From an uncultured delta proteobacterium (GTDB taxonomy: Bacteria; Desulfobacterota; Zymogenia; Zymogenales; Zymogenaceae), in contig CAVTLK010000002.1 in the NCBI GenBank assembly GCA_963735595.1, positions 576,001 through 640,000 of the forward strand: a stretch of DNA of 64,000 nt. Direction: 5' to 3'. Within the stretch, counting starts at the first letter, position 1. Each line of letters opens with the position of its first letter. The notes under the pieces were generated by a model, which saw only the letters and a list, made by a program, of their open reading frames with translations, made no database searches and was not told where the DNA came from. A program made the translations under genes and the position numbers. Below are positions 31,220 through 40,616 of the stretch, piece by piece.

Positions 31220-32161
31220 TTACGAAGTCCGTTTCAAAACAATACGGCAATAGGGCTCGCCGCAAAAGGTCTCCATCAGGGCTGCGTCCAGGGGTGTTGG
31301 CGTGACACCAAACTCCTGAGTAATATCCACTCCCTCGAATATATCGCCGGCGGTAAGGCTCTCAAGCTGATCGGCGGTAAACGGGGGATTCTTTGAGAAG
31401 AGGGCGTAGATCGAAAGCAGAAGAAAGAAGAGCCGCGACGGGATACGAACGATGAGGGTATGGAGCCCCTTTATCTTTTTAATCTTCCGGATAATATCGA
31501 TGTAATAGACCCGCTCATGTCCCGTTATGTCGTATACGCGGTTCTCCGGCCTTTTCTTACAACATGAAATGATAATCCTGCAGAAATCCTGTACGTATAG
31601 GGGCTGGCGGATGAACCTTCCGTCCCCCGGGACGGGAAAGATCGGTGTCTTTTGCATGAAGCGTGACAGCCAGCCGAGATGCTTGGGATCAAACCAGCCG
31701 AACATCAATGTCGGCCGTAAGACGCAATGGGGTATCCCGGAGGAGATCGCCATCCGTTCCTGCTCGGTCTTCGAGGCAACGTACCGGTCAACCGCCACCG
31801 ATTTGACGACCGATGAGCTGATATGGACGATATAGGGCACACCGGCACGCCTGGCGGCGGCAAGCACCAGCCGGGTGGATTCCAGCGTATTCTTGAGGAA
31901 TACGTCGGGGGTCTTGCCGCTGATCTGCGCCTGGAGAACCACCAGGCAATCCGCTTTGTGTAAGGAATCTTCCCACGCGCCGTTTACCGACAGGTCTGCG
32001 CAGATTGTCTGAACGGACGGATGAAGCTGTTTCAGGATCGAAAGGTTGAATTCGTTTTTATCGATGCAGATCGGGAGAAATCCGCCGTCTTCCATGAGCC
32101 CATATACAAGGTTTTGGCCGACAAGACCCGCGGCGCCGGTGATAACGATCTTTCTCTGCAT
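31220..32161 (-). CDS. NAD-dependent epimerase/dehydratase (extended SDR)
   Basis: TGAAGLVG, HISSS, YVASK (YxxxK), LRPTLMFG. Confidence 0.88.
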   Translation of the reverse strand: MQRKIVITGAAGLVGQNLVYGLMEDGGFLPICIDKNEFNLSILKQLHPSVQTICADLSVNGAWEDSLHKADCLVVLQAQISGKTPDVFLKNTLESTRLVLAAARRAGVPYIVHISSSVVKSVAVDRYVASKTEQERMAISSGIPHCVLRPTLMFGWFDPKHLGWLSRFMQKTPIFPVPGDGRFIRQPLYVQDFCRIIISCCKKRPENRVYDITGHERVYYIDIIRKIKKIKGLHTLIVRIPSRLFFLLLSIYALFSKNPPFTADQLESLTAGDIFEGVDITQEFGVTPTPLDAALMETFCGEPYCRIVLKRTS

Positions 32162-32179
32162 ACGGGGATCTCTTATCCG

Positions 32180-33052
32180 TTAGTAAAAATATATAATGTA
32201 TAGATAACTCAGAACCCACGCGAGAACGATAACTTGGATAAAACGATCGGTCAGTAAGACTTCAACCGGGTCGCCGGTCTTCCGCTCAACCAGTGCGATC
32301 TGCAGATATCTGAGGATCCCCAGGATTACCCCAAAACTCGTCAAGTAAAGATACGGGGTCCCGTATCGCTCAATGACCTCGGTTTCGGTGGTGAAAAGGA
32401 TATAGCAGACGATCGTAACGCCTGCCATGAGAACCATACAGGCGGAAACGAACTCGAGTGTGTAACCATTGAGGCTTTTCCGTATATCGTTATGATTACC
32501 AATGAGCAATAGGTCATCCCTTCTTTTTGCCAATCCCAGAAGCATTGCAAGGAGGAACGTCATGAGGATTAACCAGTTGCTGAGACCGATATCGGCCTCT
32601 TCCATCCCGATAAATATACGCAATACAAATCCGATGGAGATACACGTGATGTCGATAATGGGCATGCCCTTTAGCACGACGGAATAGAGGATATTCAGGA
32701 CGAAATAGGAAAATAGCAGGGCAATCGTAGATAGCGTGAGAAACGGAAAAAAGGAGATACTCGCCCCCGCGAAGAGGGCCATCAGGAAATAGGCCGTCCT
32801 TTTGGAAACTCTCCCGCTTGCCAACGGCCGGTTCTTCTTCACCGAATGGTTTCTATCGTATTGAATATCCCGGAGATCGTTAAAAATATACAGGGAGCTC
32901 GAAAGGAAACAAAACGAGATAAAGGCGATGAGGCAGGAAGCAAAGGACCCGGCATCGAGTAATTTCCCTCCAAAAAAGAGGGGCGTGAAGATAAAGAGGT
33001 TCTTCACGTAATGCCGGGGCCGCGCGATTGCGATGATATCTCTAATAACCAT
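32180..33052 (-). CDS. Polyprenyl-phosphate phosphoribosyltransferase (UbiA family, DPPR-synthase-like)
   Basis: RPRHYVKNL, YIFNDLRD..DRNHSVKKNRPLASG, GFVLR, AKRR; about 8 TMs. Confidence 0.88.
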   Translation of the reverse strand: MVIRDIIAIARPRHYVKNLFIFTPLFFGGKLLDAGSFASCLIAFISFCFLSSSLYIFNDLRDIQYDRNHSVKKNRPLASGRVSKRTAYFLMALFAGASISFFPFLTLSTIALLFSYFVLNILYSVVLKGMPIIDITCISIGFVLRIFIGMEEADIGLSNWLILMTFLLAMLLGLAKRRDDLLLIGNHNDIRKSLNGYTLEFVSACMVLMAGVTIVCYILFTTETEVIERYGTPYLYLTSFGVILGILRYLQIALVERKTGDPVEVLLTDRFIQVIVLAWVLSYLYIIYFY

Positions 33053-33085
33053 TTCCGTTGATGAATAGAGGTTAGTGATACATTT

Positions 33086-35572
33086 TCAATTTGCCGTATC
33101 AATTATGGTATCGGTAAGCATACCATATTCGACGATAATGTCTCTTTTATAATATCGGAGACCTTCGCCATGTAACCGTAATAACGAGAATTCGTTCGGA
33201 CTCTTGTTGTACGATAACAGTGTCTTTGTTTCCTCAAGACCTTCAGGCAGAAAATTTACCAGTAGCCCGTCCTGAAGCGTATCGGGAACAATCCTCATAT
33301 CGCACATACGTGACGACGAGAGCAGGGTAATCCTCACCTCCGGAACCCTAAAGAGGACTTCCATGATTCTCCCGTATAGTGTTAAGTCGATCGGAATCTT
33401 TATTATAACCGGATGGCTGGAATGGGGTATTATAATGATGCTGTCAGTAGAATATCTCCTGCGATCCGTTACGGTGAGGTCTCTAAACCTCGGTTTTGCC
33501 CGTCGCTGCAGCAGGAGGAGGTCGTCCTTTTCTTTAACAACGTCGTACCATTTATAAATTGAAAGCCACATGGCGGGCGCGTCGGTCAGCGGGTGGCGTC
33601 CGTCGATCGCGTCCCAGTGCATGAGGATGAACCGCGGGGCTTTTGCGGTATCTTCGAGAAACCTGGAGTTTATGGTATCAAGCAAAGCGGTATAAGCCGA
33701 ATAGGATTGGAAGACAGGGAAGTTTACATATCGCAGGTGATTGGCCGGTGCGTAGTTCAGCATGAAGGGGAATATCCCCGTTGGCTCTTCTCCTATCGTG
33801 TCCGCCCAGTCTTTTGGTATCCGTAGTCCTTCAAGCCTTTCTTCGGACTCCTCAAACTCTTTTCTCATTACGTCGGGATGGAGCAACGTGTCAATTCTAT
33901 GATAGGATGACCTGAGCCCAATACCACGTTTCAGGAAATTAAGATGATGATTATACCCCTGACGATCAGTTATAAATACAGTGCTCAGTATAATAACCAG
34001 AGAAAACAAGCATAATGACCTCATGGTTATCCTCTGAGTATCTTCAAGGGACAGCAACGCTAACGAGAAAACGCCTGAGAACATGCCGAAGAAGTTGAAA
34101 GTATGCACGTCCTGCCTGACGAATCCGTGTTTGAAAGCAAAGAAGAGCGGTATCGAAAACAGCAGAAGCAAAAAGAAAACCCCGCGTTCCTTTATGAAGG
34201 TGCTTATCAGGAACAGGAAATAGAACATAATGAGGCCTGTCGCCGCCGCCAGTACCGCCTTATCGCCGGTGAGGCTCATCGCCGCGCTGTAGCCTGCCGA
34301 AATCTCATAAATGCCTCGTAAGAAGTAAGCCATGTGTGAGAAGTCCTTGTACTTATACAGGTACAGGATTGCAAAGCAGATGGCGAATGACAATAGCCAT
34401 ACTATCCCCATCCTGATTCCCTTTTTGTAATCCAGGAGGGTAGTTATAATGACTAAGAGGACCGCAGTGGATACCAAGAGCAGCCCGCTATTAGACTTCG
34501 TAAAGAAGATAATCGCGGACAATAAGACCCCTATCGTGAACGGGATGTACCACCTGTCTTTCTCAATAAGGGTTATCAAGAACAACGTCAGAATAGTATA
34601 GATGCTGAAATACTCTATAGATGAGATAATAAAAAAATTTATAAATAATACCGTAAAAAAGACAATCCGCATGACGCCAACTGTCTCCTTTTTAAATAGA
34701 TATATATGGCTTGAGACGAAAACAACCCATATAAGAATCTGAAAACACAGGGCGATTTCCAGGTTCCTGCCGATGTGTATCGGTAATATGAGAAATTCCA
34801 AATAACCACCCGTCCAAATCAAGTCATTACCCGTTCCCGCATCATACAGGTAATTAACGGCATACATCCACGAGTTATCGAGGTCTGGATTATATAGTAT
34901 ATAGGTCGGCGGGACAGTGAGCAGGGCAAGGTATATCAGCACGATGGATAAGAGGCAAAGTCTTACGTGAGGGATTCTTGAGAACCATGAAACGACCGTA
35001 TCCCTTTTGAATGATACGAGAAGGACCAGAAGGGACAGGAGTAACGAGAGGAGATAGAGATAGGCCCGTTTGACCCGGTTTGCGGCGGGAATAAAGGAGG
35101 CCGCCGTGGTTTCAAACTGCGGGCTGTTACCGATTGATTCTATCGAAACAACCCCGTCTTTGACGGCAAATTGTCCGATGTCCTTTAACGGGCGGAAATC
35201 CCGGGCAATTTCCTCCGCCCCCCACGCGTGACGAAAAAAACGATACTTCTCAAGCGCGATGCCCTTGACATCAATCGTGCCGCTTGTATTACCCGGATCA
35301 ATCCTCAGTCTCGTGATTTCCCGCGGCGGCAGGGCGAAGGCGAGCTCGGTAAAGCTATCGGATTTCGTATAATCAACAGTAACGGATTTCTTTTCCTGCC
35401 ATCCTCTTCCGGTGTCGTAATAGACCCGGTACGGGACCGTCTCCGGACCCTTAACGATGATGATGAGTCTCGTCGGCACGTATACCGGGAGAAAGGTGGA
35501 CGCAGCGGCAAGCACAATAAACACAATGCCCGCGATAAGGACAGGCACTATCCGTGGGTTTATACGAGTCAA
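33086..35572 (-). CDS. Large integral membrane protein, putative GT-C-type glycosyltransferase
   Basis: 828 aa; N-terminal anchor, beta-rich periplasmic domain, about 12 TMs with an acidic first-loop motif (PDLDNSW), FKHGFVRQD, periplasmic C-terminal domain; TTG start; AT-rich. Confidence 0.55.
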   Translation of the reverse strand: MTRINPRIVPVLIAGIVFIVLAAASTFLPVYVPTRLIIIVKGPETVPYRVYYDTGRGWQEKKSVTVDYTKSDSFTELAFALPPREITRLRIDPGNTSGTIDVKGIALEKYRFFRHAWGAEEIARDFRPLKDIGQFAVKDGVVSIESIGNSPQFETTAASFIPAANRVKRAYLYLLSLLLSLLVLLVSFKRDTVVSWFSRIPHVRLCLLSIVLIYLALLTVPPTYILYNPDLDNSWMYAVNYLYDAGTGNDLIWTGGYLEFLILPIHIGRNLEIALCFQILIWVVFVSSHIYLFKKETVGVMRIVFFTVLFINFFIISSIEYFSIYTILTLFLITLIEKDRWYIPFTIGVLLSAIIFFTKSNSGLLLVSTAVLLVIITTLLDYKKGIRMGIVWLLSFAICFAILYLYKYKDFSHMAYFLRGIYEISAGYSAAMSLTGDKAVLAAATGLIMFYFLFLISTFIKERGVFFLLLLFSIPLFFAFKHGFVRQDVHTFNFFGMFSGVFSLALLSLEDTQRITMRSLCLFSLVIILSTVFITDRQGYNHHLNFLKRGIGLRSSYHRIDTLLHPDVMRKEFEESEERLEGLRIPKDWADTIGEEPTGIFPFMLNYAPANHLRYVNFPVFQSYSAYTALLDTINSRFLEDTAKAPRFILMHWDAIDGRHPLTDAPAMWLSIYKWYDVVKEKDDLLLLQRRAKPRFRDLTVTDRRRYSTDSIIIIPHSSHPVIIKIPIDLTLYGRIMEVLFRVPEVRITLLSSSRMCDMRIVPDTLQDGLLVNFLPEGLEETKTLLSYNKSPNEFSLLRLHGEGLRYYKRDIIVEYGMLTDTIIDTAN

Positions 35573-35800
35573 GAGGGAGCGCCTCCTTGATTCCAGGATT
35601 ACCGCTCACCATATACGTAAACTATGGATATGTAAAGACGTTTATTAGCTTAATCGAATGGTGGTATTCAGGGGGACGCCGCATAGAATCTTTATAGGCC
35701 TATGGGGCGTGGAACGGACGCGTCTCATTCCCTTTTTCCGTCGGAGTGTTTTAGCGCCTATAACCGGCGGGGGAGGGCGGCCCGGGTCATCGCGACGTCC

Positions 35801-37507
35801 CTATCTCACCACGTTATAAGGCCACATCACGATGCCCCCGTCCATGAACTTCACGTCGGTAAACCCGAGACCCTCCAGAATTTTGACGGCCTCGTAGCCC
35901 CTGAGGCTTACCGCGCAGTAGGTAACGATCTCGGCGTTCTTCGGCAGGTCCCGGGCCTGATCCCTGAGCTTTCCGAGTGGGATGTGGATGAACTTATCCG
36001 AGGGGAGCCTCCCGTCCGTTGTGATCTCAGACGGCGTACGGACGTCCAGGAGCACGAAATCATCGCCCCGTGTGATTCGCTCCATCACCTGCATCGGGGT
36101 GACGCTTTTGGCGATGCCGTCCAGTTTGTTTCTCAAGATGTTTGCCGCGGTGATGATGTTATCCATGGCCGAGGAATAGGGCGGTGCGTAGGCGAGGTCG
36201 AAGTTCGCGGCCTGATCGACCGTGGCGCCGAAACCGAGGGCGACGGCCGCCGTGTCGACGCGCTTATCCACGTCTCCGGGGCCGATGATCTGGGCGCCGA
36301 GGAGCCTGCGGCTCCCGGCGTCGGCCACGAGCTTTATCACGATCGTCTGTGCCCCCGGGTAGTAATGCGCCTTATCCGGAGAGGGGGAAAGGACGGTCTG
36401 GACAACGAACCCCTCCTTTTTTGCCGCCGTCTCCGAAAGACCCGTGGCTGCCGCGGTATAGTCGAAGACCTTAACGATGGCCGTCCCGCATACACCCTTG
36501 AATCGTTCGTTGCCGCCGGTAACGTTGGTCCCGATTACGCGTCCGTGCTTGTTGGCCGTTGAGCCCATGGGGATGGTAACGCGCCTGCCATGCACCAGGC
36601 CTATCTGCTCTACGCAATCGCCCCCGGCGTAAATATCGGGGTCCGAGGTTTGCATTTCTTCATTAATGAGAATGCCGCCCAACCGGCCGATCTCAAGGCC
36701 GCTGTCTTTGGCCAGCGTGCTGTTGGGTTTCATCCCGACGGCCACGAGAACGAAATCGGCAGGAACCTCGCCCTTATCGGTGACAACGGAAACGACGTTA
36801 TCCCGGCCGTCGCCCGTTATCCGGGTGACCGTGGTACCTATCATGACGGCTACGCCCTTCTGGGTGAGGTGACGGGTTAGATATACGCTCATCTCCGCGT
36901 CCAACAGGCCGGGCAGGATGCGGTCCATCATCTCGACAATGGTGACCGAAAGCCCCCTCCTGACGAGGGACTCCGTGATCTCCAGGCCGATGAGCCCGCC
37001 CCCGATGATTACTGCGTTTTTGAGCTTTCCTTCTATCAGGGCCCGGTCGATCTTTACGGCGTCTTCGACGCACGCGTGAGAACAGAGGGTAAAGACATTA
37101 TTAACCGAATCGCGGCCGGGAATATCGGGCAGGAACGGCTGGCTACCCGTTGCCAGGACCAGTTTGTCGTACGGAATCCGGGAGCGGGAGCCGTCGGCGA
37201 CATTAACGACGTTAACTGCCTTCTTATCCCGATCGATAGACTCGGCAAGGGTCTTGTTGAGAATGGTAATATCCTTTACGTTCTTGAAAAAGGCCGCGTC
37301 TCGTGCGACGCCGAGAGGCGTCTCCGTTAGTCCACTTGCTTCCTTTACGTCTCCCGAGAGAAAGTAGGGGATCCCGCATCCCGCGTACGACAACGTCTCT
37401 CCCTTTTCTATGATGGTAATCCGGGCATCGGGATCAAGCCTCCGGGCCCGGGCGGCGGCCTTGGGACCGCAGGCGACGCCGCCGACGATAACAATCCTCT
37501 GAGGCAT
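35801..37507 (-). CDS. CoA-disulfide reductase-like flavoprotein with C-terminal rhodanese domain
   Basis: GGVACG, SYAGCGIPY, GGGLIGLE, YAGGDC, YAPPYS, LDVRT, YCAVSLRG. Confidence 0.9.
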   Translation of the reverse strand: MPQRIVIVGGVACGPKAAARARRLDPDARITIIEKGETLSYAGCGIPYFLSGDVKEASGLTETPLGVARDAAFFKNVKDITILNKTLAESIDRDKKAVNVVNVADGSRSRIPYDKLVLATGSQPFLPDIPGRDSVNNVFTLCSHACVEDAVKIDRALIEGKLKNAVIIGGGLIGLEITESLVRRGLSVTIVEMMDRILPGLLDAEMSVYLTRHLTQKGVAVMIGTTVTRITGDGRDNVVSVVTDKGEVPADFVLVAVGMKPNSTLAKDSGLEIGRLGGILINEEMQTSDPDIYAGGDCVEQIGLVHGRRVTIPMGSTANKHGRVIGTNVTGGNERFKGVCGTAIVKVFDYTAAATGLSETAAKKEGFVVQTVLSPSPDKAHYYPGAQTIVIKLVADAGSRRLLGAQIIGPGDVDKRVDTAAVALGFGATVDQAANFDLAYAPPYSSAMDNIITAANILRNKLDGIAKSVTPMQVMERITRGDDFVLLDVRTPSEITTDGRLPSDKFIHIPLGKLRDQARDLPKNAEIVTYCAVSLRGYEAVKILEGLGFTDVKFMDGGIVMWPYNVVR

Positions 37508-37696
37508 TTTACACTCCGTTGTAATCTATACGCGTATCATTGGTAAATACGGGACTAAGATTCCGTCAGATGCAGATCGGTGATTCAATTTCAGGTATAG
37601 ATGAGACGATGGGCCGAAGGATTCACCGTGCGTTGCCACGATCTCGTTGTCCCGGCCGTAGAGAACGGAGGCTGACGAACCGGGCCGGGGATGGAA

Positions 37697-37720
37697 ATAA
37701 AAAGGGCCTTATCGGCCCTT
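37697..37720 (-). terminator. Intrinsic terminator after tRNA-His
   Basis: Minus strand AAGGGCC-gataa-GGCCCTT followed by TTTATT. Confidence 0.75.
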
Positions 37721-37731
37721 GATATGATTTC

Positions 37732-37808
37732 TGGGGTGGGTAAAGGGATTTGAACCCTCGGCCTTCGGGGCCACAACCCGACACTCTAACCACTGAGCTA
37801 TACCCACC
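37732..37808 (-). tRNA. tRNA-His (GTG) with encoded G-1 and CCA
   Basis: Minus strand G-GTGGGTA..TAGCTCAGTGGTTAGAG..TCGGG-ttGTGgc-CCCGA..GGTTCAAATCC..TACCCAC-C-CCA. Confidence 0.96.
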
Positions 37809-37819
37809 ATAAGCACTCA

Positions 37820-37885
37820 ATGATAGTAATTTACCGGAGACCTGTCAACTTAATTTTGACATTTTGCGAAAATATGATATATAAC
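37820..37885. promoter_or_regulatory. Back-to-back promoters for tRNA-His and hisZ
   Basis: Minus strand TTGACA(37848)-17-TATCAT; plus strand TTGACA(37856) followed by TATATA/TATAAC; the two -35 boxes are 7 bp apart. Confidence 0.7.
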
Positions 37886-37908
37886 AGGCTCACTTCCGGA
37901 GGCCGTTT

Positions 37909-39156
37909 ATGGATACACAGAAGCGTGGGAAAGACCTCCTGCCAAAAGATACGATCAAGTTTCGGCACGCCGAAGACCTCTTCCTGGAAGAGGCGATCCG
38001 CTGGGGGTATCAGGAGATCAGAACACCGACCGTGGAGCCGATATCCCTGTTCACCGCTGCCGGCACGCTTGACCCGCGCATGTTGGATAACCTCTACTCC
38101 TTTCTGGACTGGGACGGCTGGAGCGGACAGCGCGTGGTTCTGCGGCCCGACGGTACGATACCGGCAAACCGGCTTTTCATCGAGCGTTTTGCCGATATGG
38201 GTCATCCGGGCGGTTCCGTGCGGCTCTGCTATATCGCTGATATGTTCTCGTACGACGAGGACGGCACCTCCGAGCATCGGCAGTGCGGTGTGGAGCTGAT
38301 CGAGAACGACGGCGGCAGCCCTGCCGCTTCCGACGCCGAGGTTGTCGAGCTTTCCGTTTCGATCCTGACCAGGGTGGGCTACGAATCGCCGCTGCTGAGA
38401 CTCGGCTATCCGCCGCTGGTCCGCGAGCTGCTGGATGCCGCGGGGCTCTCCGGCGAAGAGAAAGAGGCGGTGCTCAAACTCATCCACGAGAAGAATCGGG
38501 ATGAGCTGGCGCGAGTCTGCGCCAGGAAAGGCCTCGAAAAACTCCTGGGACTTCTCGAACTCCGGTCATCATCCCGGGATTTTATCAGAAACGTGGGGGC
38601 GTTTCTCCCAAAGACAGCGGGAATCGAGGCGGCGCTTTGCGCCTTCGACGATTCCATCGCCGCAATCGAGCAGGCCCGCGTGCCTTTCGAGATCAGCTTT
38701 TCGCTTCCCCTCAATTTTGAATACTACACGGGGCTTGTCATGGAGGTATATCCCGACTCCGCACGAACGGCCCGTAATGATATCCTCATGTCGGGCGGAC
38801 GGTACGATAACCTTACCGCTATCCTCTCCAGGGGCAGGGTATCGACCCGCGCCGTCGGCTGGGCGCTCAAGATCGATCGGATCGTCGCCGGCGCCGAGTT
38901 TACGGCGGCACTGAGCAAGCGGGCGGTGCTGGTTATCCCCGGCGACGACCGCGTGCTTGCCCGAAGGATCGTGTCTGCCCTCCGGGATCGGGGGATAGCC
39001 GCCCACATCGCGTCGACCGGCCAGGACTCCGGCATGTTCCGCCGGGTGCTGACGGTTGATCGAGATACGGTACGGATTTCTGATTCGTCGACCGGGAAGA
39101 TTCTGGACATCCCCAAGGAGAAGATCGGTGATATCCCCGACCTCATCGGACGCTGA
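37909..39156 (+). CDS. hisZ: ATP phosphoribosyltransferase regulatory subunit (HisRS paralog)
   Basis: WGYQEIRTP, VLRPDGT, RQCGVELI, EYYTG, GGRYDNL; lacks the HisRS FRYERPQ motif; adjacent to hisG. Confidence 0.85.
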   Translation: MDTQKRGKDLLPKDTIKFRHAEDLFLEEAIRWGYQEIRTPTVEPISLFTAAGTLDPRMLDNLYSFLDWDGWSGQRVVLRPDGTIPANRLFIERFADMGHPGGSVRLCYIADMFSYDEDGTSEHRQCGVELIENDGGSPAASDAEVVELSVSILTRVGYESPLLRLGYPPLVRELLDAAGLSGEEKEAVLKLIHEKNRDELARVCARKGLEKLLGLLELRSSSRDFIRNVGAFLPKTAGIEAALCAFDDSIAAIEQARVPFEISFSLPLNFEYYTGLVMEVYPDSARTARNDILMSGGRYDNLTAILSRGRVSTRAVGWALKIDRIVAGAEFTAALSKRAVLVIPGDDRVLARRIVSALRDRGIAAHIASTGQDSGMFRRVLTVDRDTVRISDSSTGKILDIPKEKIGDIPDLIGR

Positions 39157-39810
39157 TATTCGTCTCAAGGTGGCCCTGCCGAAGGGCGCGCTCACCGGTC
39201 CCGTTGCCGACCTGTTGGAGCGGGCCGGCATTGTCGTCCCGGGCTACCACGACGGCTCCCGTGTCTATCGGCTTGTCAGCCAGTCGCCCCCCGGCGTCTT
39301 CGTAAAGGTCTTTTCACCCCGGGATATCCCCATCCAGGTGGCGGTGGGAAACTACGACATCGGCGTATCGGACCGTCTCTGGGTTGATGAGCTGATAACG
39401 TCGTACCGGAAGATCGCGCTGGTGGTCGTCATGGAGTTGGGATTCGGTCACGAACGCCTCTACGCGGCCTCGACCCCGGACGGCGCGGCCGGCGGCGCGT
39501 TTGTCGGGGACGTCTCACGATCCGGTGAGGATTGTGAGCGAATATCCGAACCTGGCGGAGGCATACGCGCGGTCGATGCGGTTTTTCAACTACCGGGTTT
39601 TCCCGGTATGGGGCGCGGCGGGGTCCTATCTCCCGGAGGCGGCCGATATCGCGGTGGTCGAGGGGCGCGAACGCGGCGACTGTCCGACGCATGGGGCTTG
39701 AACCTGTCGCCGAGATCGTCACGTCGCAGGCGGTCGTCATCGCCAACCGGGTCTCGTTCGAAACCAGGGATCTCTTCGATATCCTCTCTCGGCTGGGGGG
39801 GGCGTCATGA
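39128..39810 (+). CDS. hisG: Short-form HisG-like protein, copy 1 (two frameshifts near 39500 and 39664)
   Basis: GTG 39128 after AAGGAG; LKVALPKG, PRDIPIQVAVGNYDIG, RIVSEYPN. Reconstructed stop at 39810 overlaps the next ATG (ATGA). Confidence 0.7.
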
Positions 39811-40523
39811 TAAGACTGGCGCTACCCGACGGACACCAGCAGAAACACGTGATCGGGCTCTTTGACAAGACGTCGCTTGCGCTTTCCGGTTACCAGCTTG
39901 GGGCGCCGGAGAAGCGGCCGGGCATTTCTATTGGCGGTGTGGCCGTCACCGTTATACGGCCCCAGGACATGCCCGGCCAGGTGGCGGCCGGCAACTTCGA
40001 CCTGGCCGTGACCGGGCTTGATTGGCTGCTGGACCACCTGTGCCGTTTCCCCAAGAGCCCGGTGGAGGCGCTCCTTTCGCTCGGCATTGGGCGGGTGCGG
40101 GTGGTGGCCGTTGTGCACGAAGAGGTTGGCGCGGAGTCCATGGACGACCTCAAGCGGCTCCTGGCCGAGGGGTCGATCGGGCGGCCCTTCTTCAGGATCG
40201 CCTCCGAATACGTCAATCTTGCCGACCGGTTCGCCCTGCACCACCACATAGTCGATTACCGGGTAATCCCCACCTACGGCGCAACGGAGGCCCTCATCCC
40301 CGAGGACGCAGACCTGATCATCGAAAACACGGAGACGGGAACGACGCTGGCAAAAAACCGGCTCAAGATCGTCGGCGAGCTCTTTGTTTCGACGGGATGC
40401 CTCATCGGGAGAAAGGGAATCCTGGATGAAAAAAAACGAGCCGTTAAATCGTTCGTTGACCAGCTCGCGCGAATACCGGGGGTGACCGCGTACCGCGAGG
40501 CAGTACCGGGAAAAGGGGAGTAG
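39807..40523 (+). CDS. hisG: Short-form ATP phosphoribosyltransferase, copy 2
   Basis: RLALPDG, IRPQDMP, DLAVTGLDW, RIASEY, GATE, ENTETGTTL (PRPP loop). Confidence 0.88.
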   Translation: MIRLALPDGHQQKHVIGLFDKTSLALSGYQLGAPEKRPGISIGGVAVTVIRPQDMPGQVAAGNFDLAVTGLDWLLDHLCRFPKSPVEALLSLGIGRVRVVAVVHEEVGAESMDDLKRLLAEGSIGRPFFRIASEYVNLADRFALHHHIVDYRVIPTYGATEALIPEDADLIIENTETGTTLAKNRLKIVGELFVSTGCLIGRKGILDEKKRAVKSFVDQLARIPGVTAYREAVPGKGE

Positions 40524-40616
40524 GGCTTCCCGGGCCGGACGGCCCCGGTACGCTATATCCGTCCGTCAACAATCCGAAAAACTCACTCTGCCGCCGGCGG
40601 CGCGTTCCTCCGCGGC

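Noticed and set aside
28650..37731. Genomic island integrated at the tRNA-His 3' end
   Set aside because: No integrase, and I could not find a direct repeat of the tRNA 3' end; host-like sequence separates the tRNA from the AT-rich genes.
37909..39156. Calling this gene hisS (histidyl-tRNA synthetase)
   Set aside because: Motif 2 lacks the catalytic FRxE/RxRQF pattern, and the gene is coupled to short hisG genes.
39780..39812. hisG copy 1 and copy 2 as one fused gene broken by a G-run error
   Set aside because: The reconstructed stop forms a clean ATGA overlap with the next start and there is no linker, so two genes are favoured. The G8 run leaves some doubt.
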